A stretch of 64,000 nucleotides of DNA from a virus (taxonomy: Duplodnaviria; Caudoviricetes): IMG/VR virus record IMGVR_UViG_3300030330_006692, positions 32,556 to 96,555 of that record; one strand, given 5' to 3'. Below the pieces are notes generated by a model, which saw only the letters and a program-made list of their open reading frames with translations, ran no database searches and was not told the origin of the DNA. Below are positions 17,760 through 28,800 of the stretch, piece by piece (position 1 is the stretch's first letter; each line of letters opens with the position of its first letter). The position numbers and the translations under genes are program-made.

Positions 17760-17930
17760 ATGGCAACAGTAAAAGAATTAAAAGAGGAGATCACCAGACT
17801 CCAGAGAAGATTAAACTCATTCAGTGACGAAGTGCACACTCTTAAAACAGAATTGAATAGGTTTAAGAAAGACGTGGCATCTGATGTCACATATCTCACA
17901 AATAAAGTAGAAGGAAACATAAATGGATAA
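17760..17930 (+). CDS. small coiled-coil hypothetical protein (56 aa)
   Basis: SD AAGGAG, then MATVKELKEEITRLQRRLNSFSDEVHTLKTELNRFKKDVASDVTYLTNKVEGNING with a heptad pattern. It is below the track cutoff. Confidence 0.8.
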   Translation: MATVKELKEEITRLQRRLNSFSDEVHTLKTELNRFKKDVASDVTYLTNKVEGNING

Positions 17931-18150
17931 TCAAAACGAAGTCACATTTAAGCTCTCTAATCAGGCATTGGGATCGATTATGATGGCACTTCAAGAATCT
18001 CTTTTGAATGAGATTGACATCGTTCCAATTTTAAGAGGATTCGAACTGACTAATAGCACCGAAGGGTTGGTAGTTAAAAATCCTCCCACTGTTCGTGTTT
18101 CTAATGAACAAAACATCAGTGAGCAAGATTTAGTTAATATGGTGCGGTAG
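17923..18150 (+). CDS. hypothetical protein (75 aa)
   Basis: ORF translationally coupled to its neighbours. Confidence 0.8.
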   Translation: MDNQNEVTFKLSNQALGSIMMALQESLLNEIDIVPILRGFELTNSTEGLVVKNPPTVRVSNEQNISEQDLVNMVR

Positions 18151-18416
18151 TGCCAAAATATTATTATCACTGCCACAATTGTCATGGTGATTTCTACGTT
18201 TATCACATGATGTCTGAGCAACAGGAACTTTGTACTATTTGCGATGCGCCTGACATTAGTAAATTACTAACAAAACCGCTACATGTTATAAAAAAAAGTA
18301 ATTCAAAAAAGACTGGTGATATAACAAAAAAGTATATCGATGATAATAAAAAAATTCTAGAAGATATGAAGAAAAAAGCAACATCCGCAGCGCACAGTGA
18401 AAAAAATGAAAGTTAA
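18150..18416 (+). CDS. FmdB-family zinc-ribbon protein
   Basis: MPKYYYHCHNC...CTIC pattern. Confidence 0.8.
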   Translation: MPKYYYHCHNCHGDFYVYHMMSEQQELCTICDAPDISKLLTKPLHVIKKSNSKKTGDITKKYIDDNKKILEDMKKKATSAAHSEKNES

Positions 18417-19236
18417 AATTAAAAATAATGGAAAATACGATTTAAATGATTCAGATGCTTCTAATGAAAAAGAGGCTATAGCAGAGATAAGAAAGAATTG
18501 TATAAGAGACATGAAACAAATATTTGTTCATGTGCCTAAAAATTATGGAACTTCCACAGCACACATCATTTTTAAAATGACTGATTCTGAAGATCCTGAT
18601 TGTGATGCTAATGTAACAACTCACATGACAGCAAATCAAATGCTGTCCATTAAAAAGTATTCTGATCATGGAACGTTCTGTATTACCAGGAACCCTTATT
18701 CAAGATTTTGCAGTGTTGTTAACTGGCGCAGTCGCCCAGGAAAAGATTGGCTTATGAAAGAGTTAACAAACTTGAAAACTCCCATTTATTCAGGCAACGA
18801 TCATCACTATTCTAATCAAAATATAAGATACATAAAAATAAAATCTCTAATATATACAATTTTAACAGAATATCTTTTTGAAGATATTGTTCAAAAGCCA
18901 ACTCAATATGGTTGGGATCGCGATTCGAATAAGCTGGATAGGATGTTTTTGCCACAAACAACTTGGCATTCTGAGTCGACTAAGCTATACAAGAGTGAAG
19001 ATTATCATAACGAAATGATTCGTCTAGTGAGGGATTTAAAAATTCCAGAAAAAAATAGATCTTTGGAATCTCTTCTTGGGACACATCACAATAACCAACG
19101 AGGATCGAGACGCGGCGAAGCGAATAGAGCGTTACATACGATATTAAAATCAGAACCAGAACTTCATAAAAAATTTCTTGAATATTATCATGATGACTTT
19201 CTTTTATTTGATTATGGAGATTATGTTCTTAAATGA
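18397..19236 (+). CDS. sulfotransferase family 2 (carbohydrate sulfotransferase-like) protein
   Basis: 5'-PSB-like FVHVPKNYGTS, 3'-PB-like TRNPYSRFCS, FLPQ and C-terminal YYHDDFLLFDY. The start could be ATG 18406. Confidence 0.8.
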   Translation: MKKMKVKIKNNGKYDLNDSDASNEKEAIAEIRKNCIRDMKQIFVHVPKNYGTSTAHIIFKMTDSEDPDCDANVTTHMTANQMLSIKKYSDHGTFCITRNPYSRFCSVVNWRSRPGKDWLMKELTNLKTPIYSGNDHHYSNQNIRYIKIKSLIYTILTEYLFEDIVQKPTQYGWDRDSNKLDRMFLPQTTWHSESTKLYKSEDYHNEMIRLVRDLKIPEKNRSLESLLGTHHNNQRGSRRGEANRALHTILKSEPELHKKFLEYYHDDFLLFDYGDYVLK

Positions 19237-19586
19237 GTAAACTAGAAATAATACTAATTTGCGTATCAACACTTTCGCTTATCTTTAATGTGGGTGTTTT
19301 TGTGTATGCAAGAAATGTAATCTCGCAATTACTATCTGTCTCCATGGAATTGGGAGATCTTAAAGATATGGCAGATTCCCTTGCAGCGCATACTAAAGAA
19401 GTTTATGAATTAGAGATGTTTTATGGCGATGACACATTGCACCATTTAATGGAACATGCGAGATCCTTCAACGATTATCTTGACACATTTGAATATATTT
19501 ATTCTCTAACAGGTGAAGAGTTTGTTCCAGCAGAAGCAGATATAAAGGAAATAGAAATTGAAACAGAAACCCAAAACAAGAGCTAG
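19233..19586 (+). CDS. hypothetical protein with an N-terminal transmembrane helix
   Basis: Hydrophobic segment IILICVSTLSLIFNVGVFVYA. Confidence 0.75.
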   Translation: MSKLEIILICVSTLSLIFNVGVFVYARNVISQLLSVSMELGDLKDMADSLAAHTKEVYELEMFYGDDTLHHLMEHARSFNDYLDTFEYIYSLTGEEFVPAEADIKEIEIETETQNKS

Positions 19587-20259
19587 AAGAAAAAAGAATC
19601 ATTATTTTACAAAAGTACATGAAGACGCAATAATAAGATATTCACAAACAAATTGCATTAAAGAGAGGACAGAGCTTTACGTAAATTACATACAACCAGC
19701 CTTTAACGAAATGGTTGATAAAATTGTGTTTACGTATAAGTTTACAAATTTGCCGAATATAGATTCATTAAGAGATGAGTGTAAGATTTGGCTAATGACT
19801 ATCCTCGATAAGTACGACTCTACAAAGGGCTCTAAAGCCTTTTCCTACTTCAGTGTTATTACAAAAAACTGGTTTATTCATCGAGTCAAAAAGCAACAGA
19901 AAAGAAACCAAAGAGAAGTTGACTTTGACAACATTGCAAAACATTATGAAGAGAGGTATCTATCAACAGATGATTCATACCTTAAAGATAGAGAGGAAGA
20001 AGAATTTTGGAACTCCTTCTACAATGAGCTAAAATCATGGGATGAATCCCAAATGAAAGATAACGATCTCAAGGTATACAAAGCAATAAACATTTTATTT
20101 GAATCAAAAGACGACATTGAGATTTTTAATAAGAAAGCTATTTACCTATACCTTAGAGAAATTACGGGCTTAAACACCAAACAGATAGTAAATTCTCTGA
20201 AAAAATTTAGAAAAAGATACTATAACTTTAAAAGTGGATGGCAAAATGGTGATATATGA
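19558..20259 (+). CDS. phage sigma factor, T4 gp55-like (late transcription)
   Basis: N-terminal KNHYFT and a sigma region-2-like LDKYDSTKGSKAFSYFSVITKNWFI. It precedes the structural module. Confidence 0.7.
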   Translation: MKQKPKTRARRKKNHYFTKVHEDAIIRYSQTNCIKERTELYVNYIQPAFNEMVDKIVFTYKFTNLPNIDSLRDECKIWLMTILDKYDSTKGSKAFSYFSVITKNWFIHRVKKQQKRNQREVDFDNIAKHYEERYLSTDDSYLKDREEEEFWNSFYNELKSWDESQMKDNDLKVYKAINILFESKDDIEIFNKKAIYLYLREITGLNTKQIVNSLKKFRKRYYNFKSGWQNGDI

Positions 20260-20546
20260 GTAAGGAAAATTTAGATAATTTAATAGTTGAAGCACTTGAT
20301 AATATTCGAAGCGATCGCAAAATAGCAAAAGAATTCCTAAACGAAATAGCAACACAGATTGCGAATGACGCTGATAATAATCGTAGCCTTAGTCCTGTTG
20401 CAGCCAAGCATATCGAAACTATGCAGCGTTCCAACGAGCAGCTTGTAAAGATTATTGGAATTAAACAAAAGACAATTTCTTCTTCCGATGAATTGTCTTC
20501 AATGGATAAAGATAATTTATACGACATAATACAAGGAAATTCGTAG
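20256..20546 (+). CDS. hypothetical helical protein (96 aa)
   Basis: ORF with an ATGA overlap to the sigma gene. Confidence 0.75.
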   Translation: MSKENLDNLIVEALDNIRSDRKIAKEFLNEIATQIANDADNNRSLSPVAAKHIETMQRSNEQLVKIIGIKQKTISSSDELSSMDKDNLYDIIQGNS

Positions 20547-20547
20547 C

Positions 20548-21789
20548 GTGTCAAAGCGTTTTTTAAATCGTTCGAATCTTGTATCTATTGATGGCTCCTT
20601 AGATCTTTTACGTAAATCTATATCTGAATCCGTTTCTTTTGATGCATATGGAGAGCAGGATATATTTCCAGCGATGGTGTTGGTGCCCCCCAAGCTGCTA
20701 ACTGTTACTGAGGCATCTTCTTATGGAACCGCAACCAAGGCAGATCTAGGACAGCAGGCAAAAATATATACGTATATAACAAAAGTTAGAATTATTAGTG
20801 ACAACTCCCCACATCAGTACTTACCAGATCCGACAAACCCTGCATTTAACGTTCTATCAGTCACCGATGATGAGTCCGCTACTCCGACGCTGGACGCCCT
20901 AACCATAGTTAATTTACACACAACAGTGGTTATCAGAACTGCCGGTAATCTTGGTATTGCAATGGGTGATATCATAGATATTAGACTAAAAAGAGATGGT
21001 ACTGAAGGGGCACTTAACATGCAAACGGGAGAGTATGTTGGTACTGCTGGCGGAGCTGGGCAGGGAGGAACAAACTTTACACGCAGCACTGGTGCACTTT
21101 TGGGTTCAAATTTTGATTATCTAGAGGGGGCTGCCACAGGCGGCGCAAAAGACGATCCTACGTTTAGTAAATGTCGCCCTTCAATATACCCCGGATTAGA
21201 AAAAAAGCCGACGAGGTTTATATCATACGGCTCCGATCGAGTGCTCGACTCATTATCGAGCCTCGGAATCGAAGGGGATCAACTGGCAATAATGTGGGCG
21301 TTTATGAATATGGAACAACCCGGGTTCTCATTTCCAGCAAATAATGTTGCAGGTATTCAGCTTGATAATCGTCGTCCGTTTACGGGAGCACAAAAATCAG
21401 ATTTTGATTATCAAACCTGTTTTCGAGACAATGGCGGAGATCAAAGAATTTTTGCCGGTTTTGATAACCTAGAAAGAGGAATGGCAGCGTTTGCAAAAAT
21501 TATTAAAGGCAAAATGAGTTCATTTAAAAAACTACCGGGTACCGGCATTGCTGATGATGCAGAGGCACTAACGTGGAACTATTACCGAAATTGGAACACT
21601 CAGTTTTCAAAACAAGAATTAATAGAATTAAAGGCATCTGGAAGAGTAGTAAGGGACGGAGAAGTAATTGAAAGAAGTTGGAGCACTACCTCAAATGTTT
21701 TTCATAACGCACTTCAACAAATTTCAGACTATGAATTAGCTGAAAGCTCCACAGCCGACGACGATTTATACGGTGAAAGTGAAGTATAA
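20548..21789 (+). CDS. putative baseplate hub/spike-associated protein with a C-terminal lysozyme/GH73-like domain
   Basis: A Gly-rich linker (GTAGGAGQGG) is followed by AFMNMEQ...NNVAGIQ...RIFAGFDNLERG, which resembles the E...NNxFGIK...FRxFxSxxxG pattern of glucosaminidases. Confidence 0.5.
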   Translation: MSKRFLNRSNLVSIDGSLDLLRKSISESVSFDAYGEQDIFPAMVLVPPKLLTVTEASSYGTATKADLGQQAKIYTYITKVRIISDNSPHQYLPDPTNPAFNVLSVTDDESATPTLDALTIVNLHTTVVIRTAGNLGIAMGDIIDIRLKRDGTEGALNMQTGEYVGTAGGAGQGGTNFTRSTGALLGSNFDYLEGAATGGAKDDPTFSKCRPSIYPGLEKKPTRFISYGSDRVLDSLSSLGIEGDQLAIMWAFMNMEQPGFSFPANNVAGIQLDNRRPFTGAQKSDFDYQTCFRDNGGDQRIFAGFDNLERGMAAFAKIIKGKMSSFKKLPGTGIADDAEALTWNYYRNWNTQFSKQELIELKASGRVVRDGEVIERSWSTTSNVFHNALQQISDYELAESSTADDDLYGESEV

Positions 21790-21866
21790 ACTAGACACTT
21801 ATTCGAAGGTTTAACTGAACAAAAAACGTTTTTTTTGATACTTATATAATATAAAAGGGATAATTT

Positions 21867-22850
21867 ATGTCTTTCGATCCGAAAAAAAAGGCGTTTGAGC
21901 CTGTTGGAGCACAGGATACACTTTACAACCAGATCAAACAAGCCCCTGAAGCAGTTCAGATGGTTCCACAAGATTCTGGGATATTTCATACTGTAGTTCC
22001 GATGAAGAAGCTTCAGTTTAAATTAGCCGCCGGTGAATCAATTATTGAACACCAAGGCGCCTCAATTGTACTAGGTACAGATCGTCCCGACACCATTTTT
22101 AGTGGTTTCGGCGCCCGCGGCTATCAAAATGCATCGACTATTGATTTAGTTGTTGGTAGGGGCGCTAGCGCCAGGAAGGGGAAAGGAGCAAAAAAAGGTT
22201 CAGTGGTGTCGAATATGTTTTCGGCAGATGCTGCCAGAATTTACATAAGTCAATTGACTAAAATAGATCATAACTTTGGAATTGCTAATGGTGTTCCAGG
22301 TAAAGTCCGGCCGGGAGCCGGAATAGGAATAAAGGCTGATGACGTCAGAATTATTGCTAGAAATAGCTTCAAATTATGTACTGGGCGCGCCGATGGTGTA
22401 GAGGGTCATGGCTCTAGAGGGGAGACTAACGCATTTGGTGGTAAAAGCACCATTGCCCCAACCATTGAACTAATTGCGGGTAACTATTCTTCAGACAAGT
22501 GGGTATATGGCGGACTTAAAAACCCAATTGAAACTGTTCCTTATTTGCAAGCGGCGGTGAAAGGAGAAAACTTAACCAAAGCATTGCTAGAAATGAACGA
22601 AATTATGGGTAACATATGGTCTGCAGTATACAACTTGTTGCTAATTCAATGTGGATATAATGTTACTAACTCAATTGATCCTTGGCGCCCATGGAACGCA
22701 GCGCAAGGCCCTCCCGCGACGGCTGGGCAATTGACTTTTGGACTACAAAACCTGTGGGCTACTCGCGTTAAAGCTACTATGTGGGAGCAATACTACATGG
22801 TACCATCAGGCTATAGATATGTTTGTAGTCCAAATATATTCCTAACTTAA
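21867..22850 (+). CDS. putative baseplate spike (gp5/gpV C-terminal-like) protein
   Basis: Short beta-strand repeats (SIVLG, IDLVVG, RIYIS, IGIKADDVRIIAR) and AAVKGENL..AL, upstream of the gp25-like gene. Confidence 0.5.
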   Translation: MSFDPKKKAFEPVGAQDTLYNQIKQAPEAVQMVPQDSGIFHTVVPMKKLQFKLAAGESIIEHQGASIVLGTDRPDTIFSGFGARGYQNASTIDLVVGRGASARKGKGAKKGSVVSNMFSADAARIYISQLTKIDHNFGIANGVPGKVRPGAGIGIKADDVRIIARNSFKLCTGRADGVEGHGSRGETNAFGGKSTIAPTIELIAGNYSSDKWVYGGLKNPIETVPYLQAAVKGENLTKALLEMNEIMGNIWSAVYNLLLIQCGYNVTNSIDPWRPWNAAQGPPATAGQLTFGLQNLWATRVKATMWEQYYMVPSGYRYVCSPNIFLT

Positions 22851-22868
22851 TAAAAGAGAAATAAACAA

Positions 22869-25800
22869 ATGGCTGATTCTAAGTTTTTAAAATTTCAAGA
22901 TGTCGATAGAGACGGTCTTATAGACGTCTGTGATGACATCATCACCACACCAGAAGTACCATGTAAGGGTCCTTGCACGCCTAATCCAGCTGCATTGAAT
23001 CCTCAATGGAGAAATAGGGATATTGATGAGCCATTTTTAAACGAAAAGAAATGTTTTTATCAAGTAACCAAAGTAACTTCTCATAAAGTTATAAAGCCTA
23101 ACGTAGATGACAACTTTGATGAGTTTAAAGAAGAAGCAATTGAAAGTTTATTAAATTTTTATGATAAAGATGATAGCGTTTCATCAAAAGAAAAGGTTAG
23201 AAATGCAATTATATATGACAGATATGACTTGGCTCCAAAGAATTTCTCAAGATTAAAATTATTATACTCTGTCCCATTTGATACGATTTACGATCTTCCG
23301 CCACGTGCTCCAGAACCAGAGCCCTTCGAAGATGATGAGCCCGGCACAGTAAAGGTTACTTATAATGCCGCTCAACTAACAACGCAGATTATTCGTGTAA
23401 GAAAAGGGTTGAACATGTACGGGAGGCTTTTAAAAGTATATCGTTCTATAGGCGAAGGCAATGCTTACTATAAGGCTAACAGAACAATCTTTAATTTAGA
23501 AGATTATGGAGACGACGGCATCTTTGGCAGCGGAGTAATGCGAAGCATGATGAACGACTTCGAAGCTTTCCTAGACGCGAAAAACTACAGATTGCCCGGG
23601 CAACTATTTGGGTTATTTAGTACTGATGATCTTGTAACAAAAGTTAAATTTGTTTTTAAAAATTATGAATTGCACTCTATGCGCTTGTGGACTGTTGCCT
23701 GTGGTAGTACTCCTATATATTTTTCCAAAAAGAGGCTTAAGCCACTGAATGCTCAAGGTCCTTGGAAAGATAAAACGGCAGTAGCTTATTTTGCGCAAAT
23801 ACCTCAAATGGCACGTGCTTTGAATGCCCGCGTTCAAATACCGTGGCAAGATTTTGTTGAAAAATATACATATCCAAAAGTATTTTTTGACATCAAAGAA
23901 GAGAACACAGAGCAATCGATCGCGTCCTGCGTAGGTGATGCACTGGCTGAAGAGTTTAAAGAACTTGGACAGGATATTCTTGACGAAGTGTTTAGCATCG
24001 GCGATGCCGTAGCATATCTATGGAGAAAGTCAATATGCAGGGATAGCATAAATGAGTCTTTGTCCGATGATTATTTAGCTGGACTATATCCAGGCGAAGG
24101 CGCTATGGATATGACAAAAGCATATGCGATGGCTCAAGAGCAGGCTTTTGGAAAATTATCAAAAGATGACAATGTGTTTGTGATGCTGTGTTTGTCTGTT
24201 GCGGCATCTTCGTCTAATCTAGGATCTGTTTCATCATTAATGGGAACAATGTATAAGTTTGGTTTTCAAAGAATTAAAATTTGTGGGTTGTTTGATCTTC
24301 TCCAATCAGTGATTCAGTGCTTAACTGGCGGACTAACACTAGACGAAGCTCTCTCTAAAATGCTTATGTCTGCTCTTCAGAGCATGGGTATTGAACAGTT
24401 TGGCGACTTGTTTGGAGGACTACCTGAAGATAAACAAAAAGAACTAGGCGCCATGGTGGAGAAACAATTAAGGGAAGGCAGCTTTTTTACGAGTCAGGGT
24501 GTCATACCTAAGCCATGGGAAATGCAATCTGTTATCGATAAAGAAAGAGAAAATATGGCAGAAGATAACTTTGAGGGTATGACACCGACACCAAACTCTC
24601 AAGTTTCAGCTGGTAAGTATGAAAGAACGTTAGTCGAGCAAAATGATCGAGCGCGTTCGGGAATGGATGACGTGCCTGTTGATAATATAATGCAAGCATA
24701 CATAAAAGCTCTTTTGGAAGTTTATAGTGATAACTTGTTTGAGCTTCTAGACGAATTAAATAAATTTCCTGGTGCTCAAATAATTGCTAGTATTATTAGC
24801 ACATTAGATTGCCCACATCCTCCTTTACTTAATCCTTCATTTCCGGATTTCATAAAATCAATTATATTTCCTTTTTGTAATGGAATGTCCGAATTTACAT
24901 TACCAAGATTAGAAAACCCCCTGCAGTACTTCCCGGATTTTGCAGATATTACACAAGCAATATGGATGATAGCGAAATTTATAATAACGCAAATTATCTG
25001 GAGAGTATTAATGATACTTATGGTTAAAATCTGTGAACTTATCGGTAGCGCTATATGTAAGGCATTAGAACTTGGTGGTGCTATTGCAGTAGCACTTCCC
25101 GGGGCAATGGCAGGTACTGCTGATTTAGCACAAGTTATTAAAGATACTATCTGCGGTCCAGACGCAGATGACAAACAAGTAGAAGATACAATATTAGATC
25201 TAATGAGTCAGCTTGGACTTGGTTCGGCTGCATTTGCTAATCGTGACAGGACAATGCAATTTGGATTAGATTTATCTTCTTCTTTAACTACTTCTGAGCT
25301 TACAAATGCTTTACTTGGAAATCCGTCAGCAGAGTTTTTGGAAATTGTAGATCATTTAATCGAATACGAATATCCAGAATTTAGAGATGGTATACCAAAC
25401 AGAAATTCTGCAGCAAGATTTTTCAACAATATTGGAAACTTGATACCGATTGATGCTCGTTCTCAACTGGAAGATGCAGCTGCGCGAAATATATGGGGGA
25501 ACCCAGGCTCCGGTATGCCAAGTGTTGATGAAGAAATGTTGCCGGCAAACCCATCCATGTGCTCCACACCAGAGCAAATTCAGCAGTTTAAAGATTTAAG
25601 ATGTCAATTACTGGAGGGGAGAGCGTCACCAGAACAGTGCCACGAAATGTTCTGCAATATAAGAGAAAACACTCTAGAAGATCTTGGAGATCTTTCTGAC
25701 ATACTTCAAGGTGGTTTGGGTAACCACATTGCCAAAAATATGCCACCATTGGTGAGTGAGCCCGGCTGTGATGACGGAATATTTCCCTTCGAATCACCAG

Positions 25801-28800
25801 AAATGACTGCTCTTGGATCTTTTGCTTTAGCTGGTAATTTAGAAATGCTTAAAATAGATTATGGTAAAGATATGATGGGTAATGGTAATTTCTGGAATAG
25901 TGATTCGCAATGGGGATTTATGAACCTCATGCTGGCGGACACGCAGGGTTTTGCCCTTACCAGTCACCATGCAAAATCATCCAATAGTAAGGCTTACGTA
26001 AATTATGCAACTAACCTTCCCAATGGTGGTGAAGCTACAAGCGGCTTCTTTTCGTTTTTTCAATTTAGCCAAGGGTTCAGTGGACAATATGGACAATATC
26101 CCTATTATGTAGGGGAATGGATGAAAAGGCAATTCTTAAATGCTGGAATGCCCGACGACGATAGAACATCTTTCACCATCAAGCCTGGATTTTACACACT
26201 AACTTCAATGGGCAATGACTTAAGAAAATCGTTGGATGATGGCGACTACGGATTCAAAAGCAGTAACAAGTCCACAGGACGAAACCACAGATATGTTGAC
26301 TTTGAAAAACTTCAGTATAACAACTTTTTTGGTTCACTAACTCAAGGTGTTAATTTATTTATGGTTCCTGATTTTGGGTATAATACCTCTCTTTATGCAG
26401 ATCAAAGTAGGGAGCAAGTTAGGGTTACTAGAGAAATTAGAAAGGGCTCTGGCATCTCTGTTAACGGCGGGGATGGCGCCCATTCTGGCAAATCACTCTA
26501 TTCCCCGGATGATTTAGGGTGCGATATTGTTCTCGATTTTAGAGATAACGCCGCCGGTATGCGTTATGGACCAAAAGCCTTTGATGGCGCCGGCTCCCAA
26601 TACTATATTTCTACCAATAATGGCGGAGAGCCAGGTTCAGGAATGGGTTACGAAGGAGGATATGCTGGTACCCAGTGGTCTTGGGGATATGAAGTTCAGT
26701 GCTATTTTAATGATATTCACGAAGATGAAAATGGAAACGCAAGAAATAGATTTGATGATAACATGAGAATAGAATTGGTAGAAAAAGTAAATTATGGTTC
26801 AGATCATTTAGGTCCATTAGGTAAAGCAATGGAAGATGAAATGACAGCAATGCAGCCATTTGACTTACCAAATTGGATTGAAGCTATTCCAATTGTTGGT
26901 TGGGCTTTTGAGAGTTTGATTAACCTAATACTAATGCCTTTTACTAAATTAGTGATAAGAAATATTAAGAGATTAGCATTGAGATGGAGTGAAGAGGTAT
27001 ATCGTATTAGAGAGTTCGAATTTTTAGGCATCGACGATTCATTAGACGTTTTTCATGTTGAACCAGATCCAGAAAAAATGAAAACGTATAGCTCACCATG
27101 GCCAACGTTGTCGGACTATCCTCATTTCTCTACTGTCAAGACATCACTTCCAGAGCACTCTCCGCCAGTTTTGCTTTTAGCAGATATGATAGGAACAACT
27201 CCAGACGCCGCAAAAGTAAAATATGATCAAACTATGACTAATATGTTTAAGAAGTTTGCATTAGAAATCGGAGATGCACAAAATGAAAGTGGCGGTTGGC
27301 TTTATGGTGCAGATTATGATTACCTAACCCAAGATGATATCAGATATGGCGTAATCCTAGACAACGGAGAATGGGTTCCGTACTATGCTTCGGGATACGA
27401 AGAAGAGGATATGGTGCTGGGTGTTAGTTGGGATCAGTACAACAATCCAGAAGATCCGAGAGTGATTTATTTGAATCCTGCGATATATGGTGGAAGCTAT
27501 AGCAAGCCAAATCTGCATATTAAACCGCTAAAATATAAAGGTTGGATGGGCTTTGTTCAGGTTTTCTTTCCCGAAAGCACCGCTTGTAAGCCACATTCTG
27601 TAGATTTGGTTGACTTTGGAGAAATTGAGAGATTTATACAAAATCATTTCCCAAATATTGCGGATGATCCTCGTCTTACGCAAGATCCAGAGTGCATAAG
27701 GGAAGTTCCATTTAAGCGCATTTTAACAAGGGGTGGAAAAACTGGCTTATACTCTCTCATAATAGCTGCTATTAGAGTTTATGCCTCAACTCATCTTTTC
27801 AAAGCGATGGGTACATTTTCAAAAATTATGCCAAAATTTCCTGACAATTTCAGTTCGATTTATGCTGCATATATTGTTGAAAGAATGGAAGAAGATTTTA
27901 GAAACGCACCAGACGGTTTTTGGGGCTGGGCACAATCATTTAAGGACGATGAATTTTGGTATGGGTTTTTAGAACAGTCGGTTGAATGCTATGATTTTCT
28001 TGTTGATGCTGGAGAAATTCAACTCCCCACAGCCGGCGGACATTTGCAAAGAGCTTTTGATGCGATTAACGATTTGCAAACTGAATATGAATTTCCACTT
28101 CGTCCCACATACACTAGAGAGTATACGAATAAAGATGGCGAACAAGATAAGCAAAGAGTTTTAGGTCTTTGGGATGCTAAATTAGCTGGAGAAGCCGGCT
28201 TTTTCCAATCATTAAAAGGATACCGCTCAGATGAAAACTTTGAAGCAATCCAATCAGTAGAGGAACACGCAAAAGCAATTTTGATGCAACTGGTGAATTT
28301 TGAACTTACTAAAATGGGAGATAGACTAGTTGACAATATGAGGCAGTACGGCTTTAATCCAAAAATATTTGACTTAGATTATTATATTTTCCAGGAACTA
28401 AATTCAGCCAATCCTGATTCGCGTCGAGGAGAAATTGACGGTTCCTTATATTTCGCAGGTCCTAAAAAAGTAGATATGATTGTTGCATTGCCTACTCTTG
28501 AAAATCCTGATCCTCGCGGCGAGGGAGTTTCCTGGCCGGGCCCGTATTATACACCCGGCGGTGAATTTAGAGTAGCAATTAACAAAGATCCAAATAATGA
28601 ATTTTCTTATTCTGATGAATATGTTGGATATTACCATGCACACATTGATGAAGAAGGAGACGTTATATATATGGCAGGAGAGATGCACATCGGTGCTGAT
28701 CATGATGTTCTAACTCCTGTTGATAATCTAATCGCAGTTGGAACTGAGAAGTATATTGATGAAAGAGTCAATATTGATAGTGAATATGAATCGTCTTCGG

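Noticed and set aside
21821-21834. Palindrome AAAAAACGTTTTTT
   Set aside because: It is a low-complexity A/T tract symmetry that is expected by chance in AT-rich intergenic DNA.
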